NCBI GenBank assembly: GCA_012295275.1
Contig: CM022669.1
Location: forward strand, 11,160,001 to 11,224,000
DNA length: 64,000 bases
Direction of reading: 5' to 3'
From: Chrysomallon squamiferum
Lineage: Eukaryota > Animalia > Mollusca
The notes under the pieces are model-generated. The model did not search any database. It was not told where the DNA came from and saw only the letters and a program-made list of their open reading frames with translations. Positions 1 through 14,115 of the stretch are shown here, in pieces. A program made the position numbers and the translations under genes. Position 1 is the first letter of the stretch, and each line of letters opens with the position of its first letter.

Positions 1-1789
1 TATACCAGTGCTTTCTTTTCATTAACTTTTCGATTCTTAATCTCTCTCTCTCTCTCGTCGAGATTATTAATTTCCACACAATGGAGAATTGAAAAAAAAA
101 AAATTGATCTCTGCTGAAAAACAAGAGTTCACGCGAGGTTACAAAAATTATCAGTTTTTTTTCGAAGGGTGGCGTTCGGCGGATATGAACGTGCACTGAC
201 ATTTAATATGTCACGTATCGAATGGTTGTTTTGGAATTAACGGAAAGTATCGTCACACAAATGAAAATAAATGAAAAATAATATGATTGACTTGTCACGT
301 TGAAAACTTGATTTGTATTGAAAGACAAATTTAGATGATCTTTTCTGCACTTAGTTATTTATAGCAGCTTTAGTAAATATCAGGACATTTTGTTTTGTTT
401 CGTTTTCTTTCTTCAGAAGTTGTACAAATTTATAATTATCTTTTTTTTAATTTTTATTACACCTCATCTATTTTTATCAGCTTTTTTACTAGAAAAAAAA
501 AAAGAAAAAAAAAGAAATACAGTTGTCTGCTACAGTTGATTCAGATCTACTTATTCTATTACGTCCAATGCAGTGTATGATTGATATATTGGGTTAAGTC
601 AAAAAGCCGGAGGTATTTGATAATGTGGTTTTATTCGTTGTAAATCACTCCTATTTTACAGCGCACTCAAACAGCTGAACTAGCAATTATCGTGCCATCA
701 GCCGGGCCGGTTTACTCTTAAATGTCACACACTGGCTAACAGCTTTTGCTGTATTTCACTGTTCCACGTCATTACTCCGAGTCGTTCACATGTTTCATGG
801 ATAATTGCATCTCCAATAAACTGTCTGTTTTTGCTGCAGTGTTTCTTCCACGTTCGTAGACCACGCTAGAACGACATAGCAAGAAGAAGAAGAAGAAGAA
901 GAAAAAGAAGAAGAAGAAGAAGAAGAAGAAGAAGAAGAAGAAGAAAGAGAAATGTTTTGTGCTTAATGTATCGCCTGAAGGAACACTTTCTTTCCTATTT
1001 TTTTTTAACGCCTTTACGGCGGTCGAGAACATCGCTGAAGAAAAATAATGAATAAATACAAATTTTTTTAGGTGTGAGAAATTATTGTATTAACTTTGTT
1101 GTAAAATGTCGCTGATTTGGCAAATTCATACAGAGTTCGTTAAGTCTGAACAGAGGTTTTAAGCTAAAATTACAAATATATTGTGTTATTATTAGCTCAG
1201 TTTGTAGCAATAAATAGACGTTTGCTTAAAGATAATTCAGTGTGTGTTTGTGTTTGTGTGTGCGTGTGTGGGTGTGAACAACTATTCAATGTTGAATATA
1301 CATTTTTATAATGTTGATTAGAAGAGTAGAAACCTGTCTCGACATTTCATGTACCTACAACTCTGCATCATAATCCATTTGCACTATATTATTCTGAAAT
1401 AGAAGACATAGCAATAGTAATCCTACGAGAATCAGTCATATAACCATTGGATATTAGCCTTGTAGAAAGGTTCTTCGTAAGCGCCACTGTTTTTAAACGA
1501 TCATGCCGCAGCGGCATCGGGTTTCTTTTTTAATATCATCGTATAAAGGATTAAAAAACCCGTTAAAACGTATGACATTTGTTACACTCGTGTAAAGTAG
1601 TAACAAAACGTAACATTAAACACTCATTCATTCCATTCATTTTCTGTCGCGGTTCTGATTGTGGCTACTTGGAACAGATGCGTCAACTGTCAATTAACAA
1701 TATCTCCATCTTCTGTTCGTCTGCAGAAGTCTTTGTCAACTCACAGTAATTCAGTCTGTTGTTCAGATGTACTATAACACTAACAGTTT

Positions 1790-2225
1790 GCTCTTGAAGT
1801 TTATTTGTCTCTTAAGACTTATTGTTTACGTTTCTTCGTCGTGTTCAAATCTGTTCTTCAAATTTATTCGTTTGTTCAGATCAGTTATTTAAGCTTATTC
1901 GTCTATACAGATATATTCTTTAAGTTTGTTCTTCTATACAGATTTATTATTTAAATTTATTCGCATATTCTTATTTATTCTCTAAGTTTATTCGTCTATA
2001 CATATCTATTCTTTAAGTTTATTTGTCGGTACAGATTTATTCTTTAAGTTTGTTCATCTATTCAGATTTATTTTTTAAGTGTATTCGTATATTCTGATTT
2101 ATTATTTAAGTTTATTCGTCTATACAGATTTATTATTTAAGTTTATTAATTTATTTAGATTTATTCTTTAAGTTTATTCATCTATTGAGATTTATTCTTC
2201 ACGTTTATGTGTCTGTTCAGATTTG
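1790..2225 (+). repeat. Diverged ~30-bp minisatellite (AGATTTATTCTTTAAGTTTATTCGTCTATAC-like)
   Basis: More than ten degenerate tandem copies are visible. Confidence 0.9.
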
Positions 2226-2490
2226 TTACATGAGCTGTAGTAAATGTGTCCTGTTTAGGTAAATATCTTAGTTAATGTGTAGCAGTAGATGACAGCACAG
2301 TTGCAGATGGTTTCCTCTCTGTCGTGATGACTTCTGACGTTTATAGACGTCAGCGACAGCTGAGGTGTACACAGTTATTGATTGTCTGTCAGCCACAAGC
2401 ATTACAACAACGACAACGATGGTGCCGATAAGAATAACCACAGTAATAACCACAATGAAATGTTTGGAACTCATCGTGTTAAGTATATTA

Positions 2491-2495
<5 letters not shown>

Positions 2496-2582
<87 letters not shown>
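2496..2582. repeat. (CT)n microsatellite; representative of many SSRs: (GAA)n ~881-945, (CA)n ~4817, 19450, 34290, (GA)n ~14006, 26617, (CT)n ~25826, 32881, (ATT)n ~7801, 12530, 22745
   Basis: Directly visible in the sequence. Confidence 0.97.
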
Positions 2583-2587
<5 letters not shown>

Positions 2588-3177
2588 ATCTATCTATGTT
2601 TTTCAATATCTCCGTATGTGTTTATATTGAGATGTATCTATGTACGTATGTTAGCGTGTGAGCATGTGTGTGTATGTGTGTATGTGTGTATATATATATA
2701 TACGTATACAACTCAATATAAACACATACGCAGACAATGAGAAAGACAGACACACACATATACATATACAAACACACACACACACATACAGGCACCTCAT
2801 GCTGATTAACAAAGTTTAATAATACATCAGTCATGCGATATTCCAATAAAATTTATTACTTCAACAAAAAAAAAAAAAAACCAAACGTTTGTTGCTCCTG
2901 CATTTGTAGACATTTCCCTTCGTGATAATGAATCTGTGAGAAATTCTTTAAACCAGCGTAATTTCCTATTTGCCTTCCGCACGTCACATTGCAACCGAGT
3001 GACGTCCTTGGGCTTGCAGGCGAACGCAATTACCGCGATTTCGTTGACATTTAAGATACAACGAATCACCTGGATTTCCTGCCTGGCCCACTGTCTGCAT
3101 ATAAACAGAGACGACAACAGTGCGTGCAGTGCATGCTATTTGTTCGGGATTCGTCGGCCGTTGTCGACTAATTGACG

Positions 3178-3207
3178 CACGTGCGATTTCCCGCCGAGAC
3201 CGGAAGT
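3178..3207. promoter_or_regulatory. E-box/E2F/ETS motif cluster in CpG-rich patch
   Basis: CACGTG (3178-83), TTTCCCGC (3187-94) and CCGGAAGT (3200-07) fall within 30 bp. Confidence 0.4.
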
Positions 3208-3689
3208 TACTAACTACCGTGTGTATTATGCTCTGTAGACGTTGGTATAATGGGCAGGCTTGTTGAACGGAAATAAACGCAAAAACCCGAATATAAAGAC
3301 AAAATCAAAACTACGCTATTATTTGAAAAAGCCGTTATGTAACATGATCAGCAGAAAGAATGGAAAACGTTTCATGGAATTATGCATCCTGTGCGTGTAC
3401 GTAAAGTATTTTGATAGGTTCGGTGAGCCGTAATTTAATCTTGTGCTGGTACAGGGTCTAGGATTGCAACAAATCCTGTTAGGTTTTGGGCTTAATCCTT
3501 TTGCTAGAACTGCCTCTCATTATGTAACATGTATACATGCATATAATTAGAACGACTTCGCCTCCATTTATTTTTTGCTGATCAATCTTTATTTTGTGTG
3601 TCACTTTCACTTAAACCGTGATTCTGATGGAGACGTGAATTTATATCCTTTTTTACGAAACAGAAACAGCTCTTATATGTTAGCTGTTT

Positions 3690-4080
3690 AAATTATAGTT
3701 AATATAATTATCTAAAGTCCTGTAGCGAAATACACATACTGTTCCAATACATTATTTTAATTATAAATAATTTTCACTTAAAGCCCTGTATTGAAACATA
3801 CTGTCACAATATATCGGCTATTTTAATTATAATTAATATCGACCTAAATCCCTGTAACGAATCAAAATATACTGTTCCTTCATAACTGGCTATTTTAATT
3901 ATAATTACTATTGACCTAAATCCTTGTAACGAATCAAGACATACTGTTCTTCCACAACTAGCTATTTTAATTATAATTAATATCGACCTAAATCCCTGTA
4001 AAGGAATCAAGACATACCATTCCTCTATAACTGGCTGTTTTAATTATAGCTAATATTGACCTAACGCCCCTGTGACGAAT
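3690..4080 (+). repeat. ~72-bp tandem repeat
   Basis: GACCTAA recurs at 3841, 3913, 3985 and 4058, with more degenerate copies upstream. This explains the repetitive ORF 3804..4010. Confidence 0.9.
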
Positions 4081-4812
4081 CCTCGTTATCAAAGAATGTT
4101 CCGAGATTTGTCTCAAAAACAAACATTTATTTTTCCCTCTCACTTCACCGCGGCGGCTGGGAAAGCTCGGCTCGCTGAGACACAGAGAGCCACCATTGAT
4201 CGGTCTGAAGCGATTGCCTTGGACAATATGTTCCGTCAGCGCCATTAGTCGAGTTTGCAGTTGTGATTGCTTGTATCCACCGTAGACCAACAACCTGTCA
4301 TCACTGCCAGACAAACACAGCGCTAATCCCTCCACGTCCACTGAAAGAGTCCAGCGATCTCCAAAGACTCGACGGTCTTTTTCTCTCTCCGGCTCTGACT
4401 GCACACACTGACAGAGTCGATTACTGGCACTATGATCTGCTACACTGAAATCAGCGTACAAACAAGTCACTGGTGGTCGTAACTTACGGCTTCCCTAGTT
4501 AGGTGAACGTAGAAGATGCTGTTATATGCGCAGGTATTAACCGAGTCGTCGGGGGAAGCGTAGTTAAAATATTCAGCCTTTTCTGCTTTGTGGCAGTGGA
4601 AGTCTGTTAATCGTAAATTTAATTATGGGTTTACTTTGCTGTGTGCGTTTGAAAGAATAGTGTCCTGTTGTGTTCCCAGATATTAACTGAGATGTTGGTG
4701 AAGAAGAATATAAATTTACATCCTTACTGCTTTGTAGCAAAAATTAATTATAGTTCTTGTGTTTTCCTTTCCGTCGGTATTTTGAAATTGAAATGTTATT
4801 ATATTCCCAGTA

Positions 4813-4874
<62 letters not shown>

Positions 4875-7004
4875 TACTATTAGTCATAACGCATGGTTTA
4901 GCTTTTATTAAAATGAAAGTACATAATATAATTGAAAGTATAATGTTTAGGTAATAGCTGAGATAGAAATAGGAAATATTAAAACATATTCCTGTTAAAG
5001 AATATATTAATACATTTAACGTGATAGACCTGGTATGACCGAAAAATTAAGAACACGATACAAAAATACAGTAGGTTTGCTTTGCTGTAATTATTTTGTA
5101 ATTTAAACCTTCTCAGGTGAAAGTATTTGGAAACGGAATTCAGTATTAAATTCCTTGTTTTAGTTGTGAAGTCCAAGAACTGAATAACACTTCAGTCCTT
5201 TTTGTGATGATGTTGTTGTCGTCGTCGTTGTTCTCGACATATTGGTTGTAACTTAAACATTCGCATGAGTTAAGTTTTTTGAAAAGTGGAGTATAATTAT
5301 TATTATAATATTTCATGTATTAATCTGAGATAACAATGGAAAACAATGGGAAAAAAACCCACATCTCTTATCTGTCATCTGTTCCAGAACATACAAGACT
5401 ACAAGACGTTACTTTGCTCTGAATGATTTAAACGGTTACTAATGTCAGTGACCACGAAATCGCTAAGTCAGGAGATGCAGAGATTATTCTGAGCACTCGC
5501 GTAATTAGGTATTCTGACAAAGGATACCAGGATTGTCAGTGAACCAGCCAAAACCCTTTTGTTATACCACTTCGTTAGAACGGATTTGGTTTTTCGGTTC
5601 AATTTGTGGCTGAATTAACCTACTAACTAACTAACCTTTCAGTCCAGAGTGGCTGTTTGAGATGGTGAATTGTTGATGACGTAAGTGTCAAAACTGATAT
5701 TAGAATAAAAACTAAATAATACGAAGACGTTTTTGTTGATATCGTTATTGCTGTGTTTTTTTGTTTTTTTTTAAAGTTTATATTGGATCCGAAATACTGC
5801 GCATATTTCTAAGTGTTTTATGAGTAACTTGAATATGACTTCACCAATATTTCAAACCAAATATATCATAAATATAAAATGTCTTTCTGACACTAATAAA
5901 ATACGGCATAAGTAGATTTCTAAAAGGTTATTTTGTTTATGTTATCAACCTTTACTAAGCATAAGGTTATAATGATAATGATATAAAAAAAGAACTGAAG
6001 ATACACATATGTGTCTTATCAGGTTTTTTTTTTAATAATTTTTTTAAATGTTTTTTTCAAGTACAGGCGTTCTTTCTTACACTTAAAGGCAAAACAAAAA
6101 AAATAAACCTTTAAAAACAGCAACTGTTAAACTGACAAACTGGTGCAAACAGCATTCAAGCTAAGATTTATTTGTCGATAACAAAAGTAAGCAGACAAAA
6201 GCGAGCACATAAATCTTTATCTAAGTTACCTATCAGTCTCTTTCTCTCCTTCGTACGTAGTAACATTAGAGAAAAATGACAGTGTTTAGATTTGACCTTG
6301 GATCCGTTATTTTGTTCCTGTAACATATTAATAACTAATGTTAGTAATATATCAAATATTCATACGATAAAATAATAATAATAATAATAATATTACAAAA
6401 AGTAAGTGTTTTTTGTCTCATTATCGTGATACCAGACTGTCGCTCTAAGTACATTTTATTCTATTCAGTTTTACACCTAATAAAACAGTTGAACATTTTT
6501 AACTCGCACAATGTATCTTACATGCTTTAGTAACAAGGACCTACCCAGTATTTCTAATAAAAGGAACTCAGTCATATAAATTCGAAGTATTTCAGATATG
6601 AGAACGCTATCATTTAAGTAGATCAAGTTTCGAAATAGAAAAAAAATACAAACTTGTATAATATTAACACTGCAATTTAAACAGCACTGTAAAATAAGAA
6701 TAGAGTCTTTGTTTTAAAAGTGTAAATAATTATCATGATTTACTCACTTGCTTTTAACAGAACTTCAGAGTGTTAATAAAAAAAATAAAACAGAGTCAGT
6801 AATACAACATTTAACAGTTTTACTTGATAGTCGCTAGATAAAGTTTTACTCAGTGCATCTATGCAGCGTTCATGTTTGCGATTTTATCTTTGTTTACTGC
6901 TGAATCCAGCGGATGTTTTTCTTTGGGTTTTTTCAATTTTAATTTTTAACATGTTTTTTAAAATATTTTTTAATTTTTTAAATTTTTCTTTTGTGTGTTT
7001 ATGT

Positions 7005-7051
<47 letters not shown>

Positions 7052-7799
7052 GTGATTTGTTGTCTTCTTTGTTTCTAATTTTATTTATTTAATTTATTTA
7101 TTTATTTATTCATTCATTCATACATTCATTATTTTTATTTATCATCATTTTATGTATTTTGAATGGTTTTATTTAGTTTTTACTTTACTTTCTATTTCGA
7201 TATATTTAATTTATATTTTTATTTATTTACTTTTATTTTTTATTTTTTCCTTACTTATTTATTTTTGGTTGTTCTTGTTTTTGAATGGTGTGTCTTAAAT
7301 AGATACATTTATTTACATTTCAACAAGTTTTATCTTCATTACATTTTGATGTCATTCATTTTTAGTTTAGTTAATCTTACTGTAAAAAATATTAGAAATA
7401 TTTAGTTTAATGGGTTTTTTTTTAATTTAAAATTTATTAAATAAATTCTTGTATATCAGATGTCTTCCTTTTTTCTTCTTTTTTTTTCTTTTTTAATCCT
7501 TTCACACAGAATTAATTAATTTTCAAATTATTATTTTCAATTAATTAATTATTTAATTTATTTATTTATTTTTTTTTTTTTATTATTTTTTTTTTTTTTT
7601 TTTATCAAACTCTAAGTTACTATAGTCAAATTCCGCTATTACCTGGTCTTAAACTTGAAAATCTAAATTAATTTTAAATAACCTAAAATTATAGTATTTT
7701 TTCTCTCTTTTTTTTTAATATAGTTATTTATTTTTTAATTTAAAAATTAATAAATAAATCCTTTTCCAACTAACTAACCATTATAAACTACATAAAAAA

Positions 7800-7845
<46 letters not shown>

Positions 7846-8240
7846 AATAATAACTAGAAAATATTAAGTCTTTAGCCCCTGTTAAATTACTTAATAAAAT
7901 TATAAAAATTCTTGTCGCTTCTGAACTCTGTTGCTAAATATTTGTCAGGTTGTTGCATGTCGTAGTTGGCAAAATAAAATATTTATCAATCTTTGACAGT
8001 TTTCTTGTCCTTTGAGACTCATCTTCTTTATGTGTTTTTCAACGAAAGTTACAATTTCTACACTTCTCGAATCAATAATATTAAATCAACGCAATGGTGA
8101 GGGTGGGCCGGAGAGAATATGGGAATTGGCCACGAAGTCATTCATGCATTCAGACAATATGCAGGGTTTAATGCAAGGACTGTTTGGAAATATTATTCAG
8201 AGATACCAAGGCGACTTTTATTGTATCAAGGAAATGGTTC

Positions 8241-8271
<31 letters not shown>

Positions 8272-8891
8272 AATAAATAAAAAAATTATATTATTTATAT
8301 CTCTTGTAAAAATATTTTCGAAAAAGATTTTTTTATTAGTGTGATTATTTATCTCTTTGTTTGTTAGTTAGTTCCTTTATTTATTAATTATTTATTTATT
8401 TCATATGCATGCATGTATGTATGTATGTATGTATGTATATGTATGTATGAATATATGCATTAATGTATGTATATATATGTATGAATATATGTATTGATAT
8501 ATATATGTATCTATCTGTCTATCTATATCTATATCTATCTATCTATCTATCTCTATATATATATATATAGGTATGTACGTACCTATGTGTGTATATTTGT
8601 TTGTTTACTTGTTTAATACCAAATTTCAGAAGCTTGATTAGAGAACTGACAACGAACACAAACAGTACATTCTGTTCACTGACCTCGCGACCATTTAACC
8701 TTGACTGACCATTTTAAATGGAAAGTTTAAATTTTTAAATGATAAAGGATCTGTCAACAGTGCTGCTACTTTTACGTCAAAATTAAAATCTTAATTATTA
8801 GGAACACTCCCCCTGCCTGTCTTCATTTCATTTTTAGTGGATGGTTAAATTTCTGAATTATACTGGGGGAATCATTTGAATTTATATTGGA

Positions 8892-8923
<32 letters not shown>

Positions 8924-10423
8924 GTTTTCACTTTTATTTTATTTTTTTATATGTTTTTACTCAATAAAACTCTTTCGTTCAATTTCCGCGTCTATTAATA
9001 GTTTTATATTTCCATTTAATACAGTGAGAGATATTGTGACAAATGAATTTTATAATTTAAACTGCCCTCCAGTCCTTCCATCATCTGATAGCAGACGGTT
9101 ATATCTGCTGGTGCTTTATGGTCTGTCAACGTAAACAGTCCGGACTAAGAGGACGAGATCTGCATCCGGGCATTTATCTTCCTTAAAAGGCCGGCGAGAA
9201 CTGAGTGATGTGCAAGAAGGTGCGTGTTAAACTGACAATCTTGTTCTGTGTGATGAACTTCTCAAAACAAAATGAAAGAGAAACACGCAATAATCTGACG
9301 GCCTCCGCTTCATGGCAAACAAACTGGAAAATAATACTTTGATTTTACACTTCAAAGATTTCACGAGCGGCACGACAACTGGCAAAATGGCTCGCTGTTC
9401 CAATTATCGTTCCGTTGTGGTTTTTCTTTTGTGGCTGCTCTGAAAATGACAGTCGAAATAAACCGATATTATAGTTATACGGACGACACTTCGAGACCGT
9501 CGAAGTAAGAGATTGTTTTTCTTATAAATAAATAGACGTGTAAATTAATTGCCTGTGTTAATGAAGTTAAAGAAATAATGTTGGTCTTAGTTTGCAGCGC
9601 TCGACGTCGTAATGAACCAGTTCGTTGATATGAATGCACAAAACCACCAACTCTCGAGTTTTTTGACATTAAATGTTACATTTTTTATTATTATTATTTA
9701 TTTAAGTTAATAATAATAATAATAATAATACAAAAAACAGCTTGCATATTAACATACCTACATATTCATCTTCTAACCAGATAATCACTTTTTGTTGAAA
9801 ATCAAAGTAGAATAATCGTAAATGAGAAAGATGAATGTATTGCAGTACCGTGTTCCAATGTTAAAATCTTTTCTATTTCTTTTTCTTGATCCTTTATAAT
9901 CATAAGTGTTATAGATAGAGCTTGTTTGTTAACTTTTAAGTGAGAATTTTGCTATTGTTTTCACTTAAAACCAAAACTCCGCTTTATGTAATTTCAATTT
10001 ATGATTATGCATTTCAGGTTATATTTAATGTAAAGAAAGAACAATCTAAACAAACAAACAAATAAAATAAAACTGCAAGGAGCTTTCTATTGAGTTGACT
10101 TTCAAAGTGATCTATGGGTGTGTCTAGGTTTTAATCCTTTAAACTTTTTTCATTCACCTCCTACAGTTTTATTTAATCTACTGCTGACAATATCACCGAC
10201 TGTCAGATCTGGACAGTGTAAATGTTAGTTAACTCTTAAAATAGCTTCATCGGTGTTCACGTCCCTGTCTTTAGTTTGTCGACATTTTAAAACCCTTCCT
10301 TTCTCGAAGACTCCAGAATTTCAGTACGTTCGTATAGAGGATTACCTTACATGTCGACATTGTAAGCCAGTTTTACGTCAAGTACACTAACATTTTATTA
10401 ATTTAACTAAATAACATACTTAC

Positions 10424-10482
<59 letters not shown>

Positions 10483-10939
10483 TTTTTTCTATCCAACTAT
10501 CCAGGTGTGTTTGTCTATACCTACGTATATACGTACATACATACATAGATACGTAGTTATATAAATACATACAAACGCACATACATACATACATATTATA
10601 ATGTAGATATATACATACGTAAAAATTAACATATACACACACAAATATACACACATGCATACACACATACATACATACATACATTCATACATACATACAT
10701 GCATACATACACACGTACAAACGCAACACCTTTTACAAAACCTATAGATATATACATACACAATCAACACCCAGTTCTTGTCCTAGTGTTAGAATGTTAG
10801 CACGATGTATAAACTTGTCGCATTATTAGTATGTTAAAAAAATATATATATATAAATCAATGGATTTCTTTATTTAAATTAGAAACAGAGCGGATTGGCA
10901 CATGCAGTGTAGTTGTGACTTGCGATTGCCAACAAAGTA

Positions 10940-11045
10940 ATTATATACACGTCTTAAGCTCGAAGACACGATAAAAAGCACGTATAGAGTTACCGGGTTC
11001 GAATCCCAAGAGGCCGGCGGGGGGTTTTAGTCGAGGATTTTTATT
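10940..11045 (+). mobile_element. Pol III B-box-containing SINE-head remnant
   Basis: Perfect GGTTCGAATCC at 10996-11006 without a foldable tRNA cloverleaf. Confidence 0.35.
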
Positions 11046-11544
11046 CAGTAATCAAGATATAGATTTCAGCTTCATTCCCCTGTGCAGTTTCTCGGGGTTT
11101 TTCTGTTTCCACAGAAATCGCGATCCATCTGAGCGTGTGGCGACTCTCTTCTGTACGAAAAAGTATTTTCAAACTCGCCATAATACCAAAACAGACAGTC
11201 CACAGTTCAAGTGTGTGTTTAGCCTTAGGTGAGATAATCATAAAATAATGAATGACACTTGGCCAAGGTCAAGTTGCAATTGATGTTGAAATAAATAACC
11301 AATTACCTGCTAAGTCTCAATCTATAAGCACTCAATTACGAGCGGTGGCACTGTGCAGAAAACTTCAGGCTGGGAACGCGCTGGGAATGTACAGGTGGCA
11401 TTACAATGCAATAAATTACGTCGGTGCCGAGTCCCTGGCTCGCGTGGAACTGACAGAATCCCGTGTCTTAACATCTCCGCTGTTATGCTGTGCTGGACTT
11501 CGTGAAACGTTAGGACATACACAGTGAAAAATACACTGCCTAAT

Positions 11545-12380
11545 CTGCCTGTCATAAGTTAATAGATGAAAAAAAAAATTTGCTTGTCTTTAACGGTGCA
11601 GATAACCAACGATGGAGAATACAGTACCTAACTTTGATAAAAGAAAATTTCTTTAATATGCAGATTACCTAACTTATCATGAGTTAATAGATGATAAAAG
11701 CAAATTTGCTTATTTAAAACAGTACCTAACTTATATATTAGATGATAAAAGAAAATTTGCTTGTCTTTAACGGTGCAGATACAATACCTAACCAATCATG
11801 AGTTAATAGATGATAAAAGAAAACAGTCTTTAACGGTGCAGATACAGACCTAAGATGTTAATAGATGATATATGAAAACACTCTGAAATATCTTGATTAA
11901 CAATACCTAACCAACATGTTAACAGACAATGACAGATGTATTATCTGGAACTAAAGTTAACACAAAATCATACTAAGTCAAAACAGAAACTAACAGATGT
12001 ATATGAAATATCTTGTTAACAAACTAACATGTTAACACAATATCATTATGGAACTAAGTCCAAACAGAAACTAACAGATGTATATGAAATATCTTGTTAA
12101 CAAACTAACATGTTAACACAATACCTTTATGGAGCTATGTCAAAACAGAAACTGACAGATGTATGTGAAATATCTTGTTAACAAACAAATGTTAACACAA
12201 TACCTTTATGGAGCTATGTCAAAACAGAAATGACAGATTATGGAAAATCTTGTTAACAAACTAACATGTTAACACAATACCATTATGGAATAACAAACTA
12301 ACATGAAAACTCTACAGAGTTATGAATGAACTAGGAAGATATTAATAAATCGGTAAAAGATTCCCTTACTAACATGTTAA
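11545..12380 (+). repeat. Two abutting minisatellites (GTTAATAGATGATAAAAG...TTTAACGGTGCAGATA type, then ~80-bp AAACAGAAACTAACAGATGTATATGAAATATCTTGTTAAC type)
   Basis: Tandem copies are directly visible, with a mixed transition near 11870-11960. Confidence 0.88.
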
Positions 12381-12437
12381 CTCGATATTTCATAAACTTC
12401 ATCTGGCTTTCATCTATGTATTCTTTTATATATATTT

Positions 12438-12518
<81 letters not shown>

Positions 12519-12524
12519 TTTCAC

Positions 12525-12581
<57 letters not shown>

Positions 12582-14003
12582 TATTTTCATTCTTAGGAAC
12601 ATGAAATCTGAGATGATCAGTGATCAGGAATCTTTATAACATATAACAAATATCACACGAGTATTATATCTTGTAATATTTCAGCTTAGATAATCTCAGT
12701 GGTAGTGCTGGAATAGTGTTGCGTATGTGAACGTGTGTATTTTTGAATATATCTGTCCATGAGTATATACGTCCATTGTGTATCTGTGTATCTGTCTATT
12801 GTGTATCTGCGACAGACACACCCTCTGGCTTGTCAGAGAGCGTGTTTGTCGTAGACCTTCTCAACAACAGCTCGCTCTGATTAACACGTTAATTTTCGTT
12901 TTCTGTTTGTTTGTCTGTCTGTGTATATAATTACAGTAACATATTTGTCTCTATCTGTCTATCTGTAAGTATATATATATATAGAAATACAAATATGAGT
13001 AATTGTATGATATTGCATACGTGTATATATAATAATTAATAAATGAAATTTATTTGCGTGTCTGTATAAATAAATAATTACTGTGATACAAATGGATAAA
13101 CTTCTTAACAAGTTCATTTAAAATGGTTTCAACAATAGAAAACGGAACAAATCCATTCCTTCTAATCCATTCAGCAGTCTACTGGATTCAAGCTATATCC
13201 ACTTTGCGCCAACACGACAGACGTCCAGCCAGGTTAACCACATAAACGCTGAAGTCTTCGAATCCCGCAGCATCCAATATATGGATTACATCGTACGTAG
13301 TCACAGCCGCTGGCGTGAACACAAACGTCGAGACCACAACAGCAGCAGCTGTGTGTGTGTGTGTGTGTGGACAAGTTTCAAATGCGCTAAAATTAAAACC
13401 CTGTTGATTATTGGTCCGCTGTCAATGGAAGGCGCTGTGTTTGCCAAGCTCACTTTAAGAATTTATTCTGCAAGACAAATTTTTATTCCTTGTAATAACT
13501 ACGGTAATGAAACGTTCAAACGAAACGACGGAAGTCCACTGGCTCGCGGGCTGCGCTTTGATTTTGCGTTGAATGTAGTAGACGTCGCAGCCTTTTACGT
13601 CTTCCTACATGACGTGGCCTGGGGCGCGGTGGTCTGTGCGATCGATCGCTGATAGTGGACCCTTTTTTTTTTTTTTTTTTAACGTTAAAAATCAGTGGTA
13701 ATTCAAAAAACAGAAAATAGGCTTTTTGGTGCTGCTTTGTACGTTGAAATGTAAATAGAGTTTACTTATAATCAGTATAAATGTGAATGGACTGCTTATC
13801 TGTGTTAAGTGATTTCAGATTTCTTTACTGAGAGATTATCATATCTACTGTTGCAGATGAAACAGAAAAATGTTTGCTTTATCGACAGTATTACTAACCA
13901 GTAACTATAAATACCAGTTGTTTCTCTTTTATATACATGTGTTTGTGTGAAACTTTGTGTATGTTTGTACATGTGTTTATATATGTATCTGTGTATATGT
14001 ATG

Positions 14004-14115
<112 letters not shown>

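Noticed and set aside
9312-9504. Signal-peptide-like MARCSNYRSVVVFLLWLL near a GTAAGA donor at 9505
   Set aside because: There is an in-frame TGA at 9441. Even with a one-base homopolymer correction the donor would be phase 2, which is incompatible with exon A. At best this is a UTR exon.
10960-11030. Possible tRNA gene (GGTTCGAATCCC)
   Set aside because: No acceptor stem, D-arm or anticodon arm could be folded, so it is treated as a SINE remnant.
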